A stretch of 64,000 bases of DNA from a virus (Duplodnaviria > Caudoviricetes), in IMG/VR virus record IMGVR_UViG_3300044719_000253, positions 128,001-192,000 of that record; one strand, 5' to 3'. Each line of letters starts with the position of its first letter. The stretch's first letter is position 1. The notes under the pieces were generated by a model. The model was given only the letters and a program-made list of their open reading frames with translations. It searched no databases and was not told the DNA's origin. Of the stretch, positions 8,897 to 16,963 are shown in pieces. Position numbers and translations under genes: made by a program.

Positions 8897-9256
8897 TCAG
8901 ACAGCCGCGACAACGGGTTCCTCAACGGCTTCGCCACGGTGGTCTGCAGCGGCTTTATTAATCAGGGCCATGAACAGCGCCAGACCAGCCGAACCACTCA
9001 GGACCAGGAAGCCGATATAGACGACTGCGATCGCAAGCGAGATCCAGAACCAGACCCAAGCCAGGGCCAGCAGGATCGATGGCACACCGACGAACCACGA
9101 CGCCATGATCGCGACACGCGAGGCGGCATTGAGTAGGCAGACGACTTTCTCGACCACCGTTTTGGTGGCGAGATTCTTCAGTTCGACGATCGGGGAGATG
9201 AAGAGTGCATAAGCGAACTTCGCTGCCCCCACGAGAATAGCTTTGAGGAATTTCAT
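8897..9256 (-). CDS. small membrane protein (2-3 TM, GVP kink)
   Basis: SD AAGGA before ATG at 9256; WFVGVPSILLALAW. Confidence 0.75.
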   Translation of the reverse strand: MKFLKAILVGAAKFAYALFISPIVELKNLATKTVVEKVVCLLNAASRVAIMASWFVGVPSILLALAWVWFWISLAIAVVYIGFLVLSGSAGLALFMALINKAAADHRGEAVEEPVVAAV

Positions 9257-9272
9257 GGTGAGTCCTTGTGAA

Positions 9273-9641
9273 TTAGACGAGTTCAACGTCGATCAGGTCC
9301 GGGCGCAGTGCGTGCTCGGCTTCATAAACGCAGTGGATCAGGTAACCGGTGATGAGAATCGCCAGCACATTGGCCACCAACGATGGCAACAGCAACCCGA
9401 ACAACAGAGTCAAGCCCGCGATCGAGAGGATGATACCAGCCGTCAGGCACATCGCCAGCGTCATCGCGAGCAGACCACCCAGCACGACCTTACCGATGAG
9501 GCGCAGGGTCCAGTCGATCTTGATACCATTCTTGATAGCGATCAGCGGGGCCATGCATTTCGCGATGGCGGTTTGGGTTTTGGCGATCGGGGCAGCGAAC
9601 CAACCGATGATGCGGTGAAACCATTTCTTAATGACGTTCAT
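9273..9641 (-). CDS. small membrane protein (2-3 TM)
   Basis: SD AAGGAA before ATG at 9641; amphipathic N-terminus MNVIKKWFHRIIGWF and long hydrophobic core. Confidence 0.75.
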   Translation of the reverse strand: MNVIKKWFHRIIGWFAAPIAKTQTAIAKCMAPLIAIKNGIKIDWTLRLIGKVVLGGLLAMTLAMCLTAGIILSIAGLTLLFGLLLPSLVANVLAILITGYLIHCVYEAEHALRPDLIDVELV

Positions 9642-9687
9642 TTTTAATTCCTTGTCAATGAGGGAGCTGTCACTCCCCGTGTTGCAA

Positions 9688-10101
9688 TTAGGCCGGCACC
9701 GCATCAGCGATGATTTCCTGGGTGAAGGTGTTCACACGAACTTCCAGCAGCAGGGCGACTTTGTAGCTGATCATAGCGCGAGCGATGGCAGCACCGAAAT
9801 CGTTACCAGCCAGATACGCCAGCGGAACACCGATCAGACCCAGGATCGGGCCAAACAGCAGCGAGCTGATCACACCGATCACGAAGCCGATGGTGAAAGC
9901 GATCGTGAAACCCAGCAGGAAAGCGGCGGTTTTGCACAGCAGGCCTTGCAGACGCTTGGTGAAGTTGTCTTCGGCGTCGGCTTGCGCGGACAGACGATCG
10001 CCGTAGTAGTTGACCTTGGCGACTTTGTCGGCGAGATAATCACGGGCGACGCAGTACGCGTTTTGGACATTGGCCCAGAGTTGCTTGAAGAATGCGTTCA
10101 T
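9688..10101 (-). CDS. small membrane protein (2 TM, GVP kink)
   Basis: SD AAGGAA; MNAFFKQLWANV; LGLIGVPLAYLA. Confidence 0.8.
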   Translation of the reverse strand: MNAFFKQLWANVQNAYCVARDYLADKVAKVNYYGDRLSAQADAEDNFTKRLQGLLCKTAAFLLGFTIAFTIGFVIGVISSLLFGPILGLIGVPLAYLAGNDFGAAIARAMISYKVALLLEVRVNTFTQEIIADAVPA

Positions 10102-10138
10102 GATGGTTCCTTGATGTTGTTGGTTATTGCGGAATGGA

Positions 10139-10507
10139 TTAAGCCGCTTTGCGCTTAGCGCGGTTGTGCTTCGGGGCTTTGTAGGTCTTGTGATTCATTT
10201 CACGTTCGATACGCACCAGCGTGGCTTCGTCACCTTCCTTAGCAGCCTGGAAAGCTTCGGTCAGCGAATAATTACGGAACTTGGCGATTTCCATAATACG
10301 GTTAAACAGACCATGGATACGTTCAGCTTTGTCTTCTTGGCTTTCTGCGGCGACTTCCGCAACCGTGTTGGTTTCGACAGCCACCTCGGCTACCACCGGC
10401 ACTTCAGTGATTGCAGTTGCGGCTTCGATCTTAGCCACTTCTTTGCGGCTGAACAGATTCGAGAAGAACGACTTGACTTTGTTCCACAGATTTTTGATGA
10501 ATTGCAT
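10139..10507 (-). CDS. hypothetical protein with N-terminal amphipathic helix and basic C-terminus
   Basis: SD AGGAG; MQFIKNLWNKVKSFFSNLF; first gene after the 10574-10598 promoter. Confidence 0.8.
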   Translation of the reverse strand: MQFIKNLWNKVKSFFSNLFSRKEVAKIEAATAITEVPVVAEVAVETNTVAEVAAESQEDKAERIHGLFNRIMEIAKFRNYSLTEAFQAAKEGDEATLVRIEREMNHKTYKAPKHNRAKRKAA

Positions 10508-10573
10508 GATAGACTCCTGGATGTTGTTAGTTATCAGGGGATAAAGGAGGCATTCCTTTTCCTATTCACCACT

Positions 10574-10598
10574 GTTATATGGTTTTGAAAAAATCTAG
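10574..10598 (-). promoter_or_regulatory. putative early promoter variant CTAG-N13-CATATAAC
   Basis: Same CTAG and 13-nt spacer as the 4614 copy; upstream of the membrane operon. Confidence 0.55.
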
Positions 10599-10652
10599 CG
10601 CCATATCAAAACAGCCCTCAGGCATGGGCACATGCCCATGCCTGAGAATCTG

Positions 10653-10964
10653 TTACATTTCCAAACGCCACACTGTGTTGAGGTCGATCAGGATCAACGT
10701 GATCGTATTTTTCTTCCGGGACGATTCCGAGAAACAACTCACCACACTGAAGGTGGCGTGGTTCTCGTGTTCATCGAGTTCACCATCGTCGAATTCATCC
10801 ACCAATTTGATACCGTTGATGGTCGTGTTGCGGTTACACAGCGCGAGTTGTTCCCGCGTGGTATCGTCCGGCTGGTGAATCGTCAGGGTTTTGATAGTGC
10901 CATAAACGGCGGTTTCCACCCTGATGTGTTTGGCACGGATGATCAGGTTGTCGAACTGAGGCAT
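10653..10964 (-). CDS. hypothetical protein
   Basis: 103 aa, SD AAGGA. Confidence 0.65.
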   Translation of the reverse strand: MPQFDNLIIRAKHIRVETAVYGTIKTLTIHQPDDTTREQLALCNRNTTINGIKLVDEFDDGELDEHENHATFSVVSCFSESSRKKNTITLILIDLNTVWRLEM

Positions 10965-10983
10965 GCTGTTATCCTTGTTATCG

Positions 10984-11295
10984 TTAGAACATCATTTTAA
11001 AACGGAGGAACCAGGTGTGGCGTTTATGGAACATGTCGTACGGCACGCTACTCAAAAACTTGACCTGCGTGGGAGTGAGGTTCTCGCTAGGGTTACCGTC
11101 GTCGTACTGGTCAATCATTTTCAATGACTCATACACCGCATGCATCTTCAGCTGGCACATGGTTTTCAGGGTTTCTTCGGTGGGTTGAAACAACACCACG
11201 TGAAGCACGTTTTCTTCTTGACCCGACGTCGTCTCGACTTGATTGCAAGCAACGATGGAGTGGGCAGACAATGTTAACATCGGTTGTTGTAACAT
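10984..11295 (-). CDS. hypothetical protein
   Basis: SD AAGGA and AACTAACAACA leader before ATG at 11295. Confidence 0.65.
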   Translation of the reverse strand: MLQQPMLTLSAHSIVACNQVETTSGQEENVLHVVLFQPTEETLKTMCQLKMHAVYESLKMIDQYDDGNPSENLTPTQVKFLSSVPYDMFHKRHTWFLRFKMMF

Positions 11296-11315
11296 GGTGA
11301 TATCCTTGTTGTTAG

Positions 11316-11879
11316 TTAGTAAATGTAAGGTAACTGGATATGGGTCTTGCGGCCCTGACATTTGTTCCAGGTATCGAGCGTACCGCCGTCAGCCGGCTGG
11401 TCGCCTTCGCCAAAAGTGTAAGCCAACATCTCTTCACATTGGGCGACTTTCGAGTTGCGGGCAAACATACCACCCGCCCCCGGCGAGCTGGGCTCTTCTT
11501 CGATACGGATCGGGCTGTTTTCCACCTCCCAATGTTGACGGATCACTTCCCCGATCTGACCCAACGTGTCGCGTTCGATTACCCGGCTGAAGTTGCGGTG
11601 GTAATAGTTGGCGATGCCGCCCGCACTCTTCCAGCCATCTTCAACATACTGGCCGTTGCGGAAAGGGGCTGGCAGGTATAACGAAATTTCACCCGCATGC
11701 CCGAACAGAAACATCGAGACTGCGAGGTGGTCAGTCCAGGCGGCGCCACCGGATACCACGTGTGCCCCTTTGGGGACGCGGCTGTACACGTCACGCAGCA
11801 TCCACTTCCATAATCCGATCGACATGGGTTTGGTCTTGTCACGCCCGGCAGTACCGATGATCGCGATCCGAGTCATCAT
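11316..11879 (-). CDS. SLOG-superfamily (Smf/DprA/YspA-like) nucleotide-binding protein
   Basis: Rossmannoid start RIAIIGTAGR, signature VVSGGAAWTD, later FARNSKVA and GGT.DT motifs. Confidence 0.7.
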   Translation of the reverse strand: MMTRIAIIGTAGRDKTKPMSIGLWKWMLRDVYSRVPKGAHVVSGGAAWTDHLAVSMFLFGHAGEISLYLPAPFRNGQYVEDGWKSAGGIANYYHRNFSRVIERDTLGQIGEVIRQHWEVENSPIRIEEEPSSPGAGGMFARNSKVAQCEEMLAYTFGEGDQPADGGTLDTWNKCQGRKTHIQLPYIY

Positions 11880-12415
11880 TCCTCCAGAGCACGAAACAAG
11901 GCGGGATCCTTGAGCAGTACATGCAGAATCGCTTCACCGTTCTTCGAATCGGCAAATGCCGTAATAAATTCGTACGGCCCGACATGGATTTCATCGCCGT
12001 CAGTCGATTCTTCCTTTTGCCAGAGCGACAAGGGTGAAATGGTATCCCCGACCGACAATCCATCCAGCGCATTGCGGGTTGTGGTCGTGGGATAGAACAA
12101 TGCCAAATGCATGACCGCGCCGCGGGCGATGGGCTCAAAGGTAAAGTTTTTGGCTTTGAATGTCACTCGATAATTGCAGAGGACCGGTTCTTCCGCCTGA
12201 ACCTTCAAAATCACATCGGTGAACTGACTTTGGTTCTTGGCCTGCTGCGGGTGATTTTCCCAGTCGATGCGAATCCAGGGATCATCGCTAAACGTCAGCA
12301 GACTCTTGTGGGCGATCTTGCCAGGTGTGCCGCGAGCGCCGACAACTTTCATGCCGACTTCGATGGCGTCGTAAGGAACTTCTGAGAGGGGTTTGCCGTT
12401 GTAGAGATTTTGCAT
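11876..12415 (-). CDS. hypothetical protein; N-terminal domain paralogous to the two upstream genes
   Basis: GKPLSEVPYDAIEVGMKV matches the 12418 and 12633 ORFs. Confidence 0.75.
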   Translation of the reverse strand: MQNLYNGKPLSEVPYDAIEVGMKVVGARGTPGKIAHKSLLTFSDDPWIRIDWENHPQQAKNQSQFTDVILKVQAEEPVLCNYRVTFKAKNFTFEPIARGAVMHLALFYPTTTTRNALDGLSVGDTISPLSLWQKEESTDGDEIHVGPYEFITAFADSKNGEAILHVLLKDPALFRALEE

Positions 12416-12417
12416 GA

Positions 12418-12630
12418 TTATTTTACCTTCACGTGTTTGAATGTGGTTTGTAAATTAAATTCGATAAAGCCACTGACGTAGACGATTTTGATCGCTTCTA
12501 ACTTTCGCCCGTATTCCTCACCGAACAGATCCGTGATTTTACCCAGCCCCTGATAAGACACCACTTCCATTCCCACCACGAGGTCAGCGAAAGGAATATC
12601 AGAGAGCCTCTTACCAGAGTGTTGATGCAT
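12418..12630 (-). CDS. small beta-rich (SH3/KOW-like) protein, tandem paralog
   Basis: GKRLSDIPFADLVVGMEV. Confidence 0.75.
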   Translation of the reverse strand: MHQHSGKRLSDIPFADLVVGMEVVSYQGLGKITDLFGEEYGRKLEAIKIVYVSGFIEFNLQTTFKHVKVK

Positions 12631-12632
12631 GG

Positions 12633-12851
12633 TTATTTGATCTTCACGTGCTGAAAGGCAGAGAGTTGTCCATACTCGGTGATTTTGTTTTGATACACAA
12701 TTTTCACCCCCTCGATCTGTTTGCCACGGCGTTCATGGGTCAATTCAGTAATAACCCCGTTGATGTTAGAACGGTAGTCTATAACTTCCATCCCGACAAC
12801 TAGATCCAAAAAAGGAACTTCGCTAAGTTTTTTACCAGCACTCATGTTCAT
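12633..12851 (-). CDS. small beta-rich (SH3/KOW-like) protein, tandem paralog
   Basis: GKKLSEVPFLDLVVGMEV; SD AAAGGAA before ATG at 12851. Confidence 0.75.
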   Translation of the reverse strand: MNMSAGKKLSEVPFLDLVVGMEVIDYRSNINGVITELTHERRGKQIEGVKIVYQNKITEYGQLSAFQHVKIK

Positions 12852-12882
12852 TTTGATTCCTTTCTGTTGTTGGTTGGAGGAG

Positions 12883-13311
12883 TTATTTCTTCTTAGAACG
12901 GCGATGGCGCTCGCGACGTAACAGCGTAATTTGATGAATCCAGTAATCCTTATATTGCCGAAGATCATCTATACTGTCAATTCCTTCGACGTTATATTCC
13001 CCAGCTACATCCACGGGAACCAAACCTTTATCAACACTTCGACACCAGTTATTAAAATCGCGTGTCGTAATGTCAGATTTCGGAAGAGATGGATAAAACT
13101 GGTTACTAATGAGACTCGGACCTGGATAAAACTTCTCAGGTGAGCCGTCAGCCTTTGCGTATTCTAAATAGCTACGACAGAATTTGATTACAATCTGCCG
13201 AACCCGCTCAGCGGTAAGGCCGTGCGGTTGCGCGGCATCTTTCAAAGAGACGCCGTCTGCTACCATGAGTATCAAATTAAGATCGCGCTCTGTTGCTTCA
13301 TGGAATTGCAT
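12883..13311 (-). CDS. sigma70 region-4-like helix-turn-helix protein
   Basis: DGVSLKDAAQPHGLTAERVRQI matches the sigma70 r4.2 T-x-ERVRQI motif. Confidence 0.7.
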   Translation of the reverse strand: MQFHEATERDLNLILMVADGVSLKDAAQPHGLTAERVRQIVIKFCRSYLEYAKADGSPEKFYPGPSLISNQFYPSLPKSDITTRDFNNWCRSVDKGLVPVDVAGEYNVEGIDSIDDLRQYKDYWIHQITLLRRERHRRSKKK

Positions 13312-13365
13312 GGTGATATCCGTTTTGTTGTTGGTTGTAAAAAGAGATCGGGGTAGCTCACTGTA

Positions 13366-13390
13366 GTAATATAGTCCTTCAATTTTCTAA
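13366..13390 (-). promoter_or_regulatory. putative early promoter TTAG-N13-TATATTAC
   Basis: Minus strand reads TTAG AAAATTGAAGGAC TATATTAC, near-identical to the 4614 copy. Confidence 0.7.
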
Positions 13391-13408
13391 TACCCGATTG
13401 ATTACGAC

Positions 13409-13436
13409 GGCATAACACCCACCCGAAGGTGGGCAT
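13409..13436 (-). terminator. TTCG-loop hairpin with TATGCC flank
   Basis: CCCACC-TTCG-GGTGGG then TGTTATGCCG on the minus strand, downstream of the 13460 gene. Confidence 0.55.
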
Positions 13437-13459
13437 TAGGCGAATGAATGGGATGGACG

Positions 13460-13915
13460 TTATTGGGCTGCGGCAGTCTCGGTACAGAGTTGACGCAGGT
13501 ACGCGATGATGCGTGGATCTTCTTCTTGTTTGATCGCGACTTCCAAGAGGTCGTCGAAATGATGCGGAGCATGGCTATTGAGATGGATCGGAATAAACGG
13601 CAAACCATTTTCATGATCTTGGGTGCGCATGTATTCCAGTTGTTCCGGGGTACGCCATCGGAAGATGTAGCGGTCTTCTGCCAGCGCTTGATGGCGCGCG
13701 TCGATCGCGGCGCAGATCCATTTGAGTAATTCCGGTGGCTGATTTTGATACACCGCATCGACATGGAGTGCGCTGAGCTGAGCCAAGGTAAAGCGTTTGC
13801 CATCAATCACCCGATGCCGGTACATCGTGCTGCACCAGCCGTCTTCCGGCAACGCTCGCTCGACCATCCATTGGATTTGATTCTGATGAGAAATCTGAGC
13901 AAACTGATAACGCAT
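13460..13915 (-). CDS. hypothetical protein
   Basis: SD GAAGGAG before ATG at 13915 (MRYQFAQ...). Confidence 0.7.
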   Translation of the reverse strand: MRYQFAQISHQNQIQWMVERALPEDGWCSTMYRHRVIDGKRFTLAQLSALHVDAVYQNQPPELLKWICAAIDARHQALAEDRYIFRWRTPEQLEYMRTQDHENGLPFIPIHLNSHAPHHFDDLLEVAIKQEEDPRIIAYLRQLCTETAAAQ

Positions 13916-14455
13916 AAAGCTCCTTCTGGTTAGTCTCTTCAATCGGGCAGATCCCCCCAAGCTATTAGAGGCTCGCCTCCGTCTCGCCTAGGAGAGTGCC
14001 CCCCTCCCCCAATACATGTCTATTTTTCCCTACTTAACTTCGTCTCGCTGGAAGCGATCCTCGTTACCTTTTTTCTCCTCGCGCTGCTCGTCGGTTCATA
14101 TAGCCAGGGTACTGAGTATTTTTTTATTTGAATAAATTCGAGGTGAATAACGCGCCCTGAAGGCGCTATAACCTTTTAAAAAAATTTGTACAGAAAACGC
14201 GCTCTCTAAGGAGCGCTTCTTCTCACAATAAGAAAGTATAAAACAGCAAAGCAAACCCTTAACAGGGGAATCGATCATGCCAATAGCGGAGCGTTTGGAA
14301 AATAACAAAGAAAATGTGAGTAAAGGGCGCCGTTGTCTTTTTATTAACATTTACATTTCCATCAGTGGACGAATAATAGCCATTATGTGAACGCATATTT
14401 CGTTAACCGAGTATGCCGATCATCGAACTTTTTACTCATGTGAAGGAACTCACAA

Positions 14456-15151
14456 ATGTCGTCGAATCTGCGTACTCTGCTGGGCACCCGCCGTCGCCAC
14501 CAACTGGCTTTCGAGGATTACGATCCCACCGCAACCCCGGTGACCCCGGCCACCGAAGACACCCTGGTCGTCATGAAAGGCCCGCTGGCCGATGTCTACT
14601 CCGAAGCACTGGCCAAGGTGTATGACAAGGAAGCCCCAATCGAAGATCCGAAAGAAGGCGATCCGGCTGCCCAACCGAAACCGGAAAGCGAAACCGGCTT
14701 CTCGGTCGACACCAGCAACCTGCAACCGGCTGAAGGCCAAACCGAAGAAACCGTGGAAGCGGCCATCGTGTCCGAAGTCGGCAACATCGTGCTCGAATCG
14801 CAAGCCATCGACGCCGCTGTCGCCGCTTCGATCGCCAGCGCTCTGGCCGATGAAGTCCCGGCCGATAACGACGGCTACGAGACGCTGTACGCGATCGACG
14901 AAACCCAAGTCACCCCGGCCGAAACCAAAAACGTCACCGAACTGCTGGCCGAAGCCGAGCATCCGGAAAACGTCACGGTGCTGATCGATGACGTCGTCCC
15001 GGACGCCGTGCTGGACCCGACTTCCCCGACCGTCACCGATACCAAGGACCTGACTGCGGCCCTGGAATCGATGGTCGTCGCCATGGGCGGCAAAGTCGTG
15101 CGTAACTTCGGCGACTTCGTCAAAGCCCGCGCGGCCCGTCAAGCCAAGTAA
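14456..15151 (+). CDS. highly acidic, codon-biased head/scaffold-like protein
   Basis: 231 aa, D/E-rich, strong C-ending codon bias, protease-type motifs AFE, VLES and ALES; SD GAAGGAA; TATG motif near 14385. Confidence 0.7.
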   Translation: MSSNLRTLLGTRRRHQLAFEDYDPTATPVTPATEDTLVVMKGPLADVYSEALAKVYDKEAPIEDPKEGDPAAQPKPESETGFSVDTSNLQPAEGQTEETVEAAIVSEVGNIVLESQAIDAAVAASIASALADEVPADNDGYETLYAIDETQVTPAETKNVTELLAEAEHPENVTVLIDDVVPDAVLDPTSPTVTDTKDLTAALESMVVAMGGKVVRNFGDFVKARAARQAK

Positions 15152-15166
15152 TTCACACCTGTGTAT

Positions 15167-15200
15167 AAACCCCGCTGGGATTTCCCAGTGGGGCTTTATG
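15167..15200 (+). terminator. hairpin terminator
   Basis: CCCCGCTGGGA/TCCCAGTGGGG stem followed by CTTTATGC. Confidence 0.6.
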
Positions 15201-15261
15201 CAGTTTGAATGGACACAAGGCCACTCATTCTGTGTAACCTTTGTCCAATAAAGGAATGAAC

Positions 15262-16488
15262 ATGTCCTTACTTATTCGCAACGTCTTCGAGCAGCACTGT
15301 CCGGATGTTGTTGCCGATGCTTTTCTGGCGAAGAAGATCATCTCGTACGCTTTGGCCTGGGCCAGCAAAAATGACGAGCACGTCAAATTCTTCGGCGGTC
15401 ATTTGACCGGGGTACAGATCGTGCGTTTCACCGACGCCGACCGCCTGGTATGGTTCGATGAGATTTTGCATGCCGATGAACATACGCTACAAGAAGCGCT
15501 GTACAAACTGCCGACTGTGCACCGGGATCACCAAGTCGCATCCGACGCGATGAACCTGTCCTGTGTCTGGTTGACCCATTTGCTCATTAACGCCTCTATT
15601 CCCGAGCAATTGCGCCACGATGCAATGATCTCGGTAATGTTGGTGATGCAGTATAAGTTCCTTACCAGCCGCCTGTATCGTCACTTCGTCTATCCTGCCG
15701 ACAAAGCTGTGGCGGAAGCGACCTATGCATCGTTGTCGATGAAGTTCGACTTGAAACAAGAAGGGAGCTGGGGTGCGTATCTGCGTAAACGGGCTGAAGA
15801 CATTCTCGACCCGCACACCCCGCGCTTTCAGCAATTCAAAAAGATGGGCGATGATCGGGAGATCGAAAAGATCGTCAACGATATCCAAACCCGGCTGCGG
15901 AAAACCCTGAAATTGATCGCCGGTATTCACTACCAAATCAATGCCTCAGGGAAGCGTATCATTGCGGTATCGCAAACCGTGGAACATGACGGTAAAGAAA
16001 TCCTCAAGGACAAAACCAAATCCTTGGCGAACTACACCCGCTATATCCAATCGGTAATTCCCGATAAGACGAGCTTCTTGCGTGAAGAACTCCTAACAGT
16101 GGTGGAAGGGATGGTGCAAACCATGCCGCCGCATCTGTTCCGGGGGACACTGGAATGGTTGTCGGAAAACTTCCAAGGGCATGACGCCCATCGGCTGCAA
16201 GCGTTGGTCCAAGAAATCATGGTGCATTGCTTTGATTATCTGGCCCATAACACCGATTCGCTGAATAACCCGCATGATCTGCCCGGTTTGCTGGGACGCC
16301 TGCGTGGGGTGTACACCTCAGCCCGTTCGACCGATCCAGTCTTGATGACCATCCGGCACGATGTGGAAACGATGGTGCGTGAAGCGACGGGTACCCGCAA
16401 TATCAGTCTGTTGCCCCCGATCCGAACTGGCGTGTTGTTGTACATTGTGCTGCGTAGTCTGGCCAAACGGCATTACGCAAGCGCTTAA
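15262..16488 (+). CDS. conserved virion structural protein (phiKZ gp32-like)
   Basis: About 408 aa from ATG at 15262 (SD AAGGA). Size and position next to the terminase-sheath block match phiKZ-like synteny as recalled. Confidence 0.6.
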   Translation: MSLLIRNVFEQHCPDVVADAFLAKKIISYALAWASKNDEHVKFFGGHLTGVQIVRFTDADRLVWFDEILHADEHTLQEALYKLPTVHRDHQVASDAMNLSCVWLTHLLINASIPEQLRHDAMISVMLVMQYKFLTSRLYRHFVYPADKAVAEATYASLSMKFDLKQEGSWGAYLRKRAEDILDPHTPRFQQFKKMGDDREIEKIVNDIQTRLRKTLKLIAGIHYQINASGKRIIAVSQTVEHDGKEILKDKTKSLANYTRYIQSVIPDKTSFLREELLTVVEGMVQTMPPHLFRGTLEWLSENFQGHDAHRLQALVQEIMVHCFDYLAHNTDSLNNPHDLPGLLGRLRGVYTSARSTDPVLMTIRHDVETMVREATGTRNISLLPPIRTGVLLYIVLRSLAKRHYASA

Positions 16489-16515
16489 GCATCATGTTAG
16501 GCGGGAGGAAACATC

Positions 16516-16926
16516 ATGAAACGTGCTTGGAGGTTAGTGGTCGGAACAGCGCTGCTAATCTTTGAGCGCTGGCGGGGCCCACGGTGGGTAACAGAAACCC
16601 AAGAACCCGACCAAGCCCTCGGGTGTCTTCGGGGGTTCACGGTGCGTGGGTATGAGATTGCGATTTACTGCCATCGTAAAACATACCGCATCCATTACAA
16701 ACATTGGTACATCCCCGATCGTTCCATTTTCACGTATAACGTATTTTCGGTGGTCAGTAACGATGCACCACTGGCGCTACGCAAAGCGTGTGAGTTGGAT
16801 GTGGAATTACCAGCGATGGTGGCCATCAGTAGTTTCAACCATGAAATTCGACAAGCCCAAGTGTTAGCCTATCTGGACTTGCTCGATCAGCGTTTGTCGC
16901 ATAACCCGCAACCGGCGTGGGCATAA
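16516..16926 (+). CDS. hypothetical protein
   Basis: 136 aa, SD GGAGG, ends at a palindromic terminator. Confidence 0.6.
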   Translation: MKRAWRLVVGTALLIFERWRGPRWVTETQEPDQALGCLRGFTVRGYEIAIYCHRKTYRIHYKHWYIPDRSIFTYNVFSVVSNDAPLALRKACELDVELPAMVAISSFNHEIRQAQVLAYLDLLDQRLSHNPQPAWA

Positions 16927-16962
16927 CTCCCGTTACCCGTGAGGGTAACGGGAGCGTATGAC
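16920..16962. terminator. bidirectional hairpin (GGCATA/TATGAC family)
   Basis: 12-bp stem CTCCCGTTACCC/GGGTAACGGGAG between convergent genes. Confidence 0.75.
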
Positions 16963-16963
16963 G

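Noticed and set aside
14096-14350. 84-aa minus-strand ORF
   Set aside because: No SD, AT-rich atypical codons and K/S/F/L low-complexity composition; treated as non-coding.
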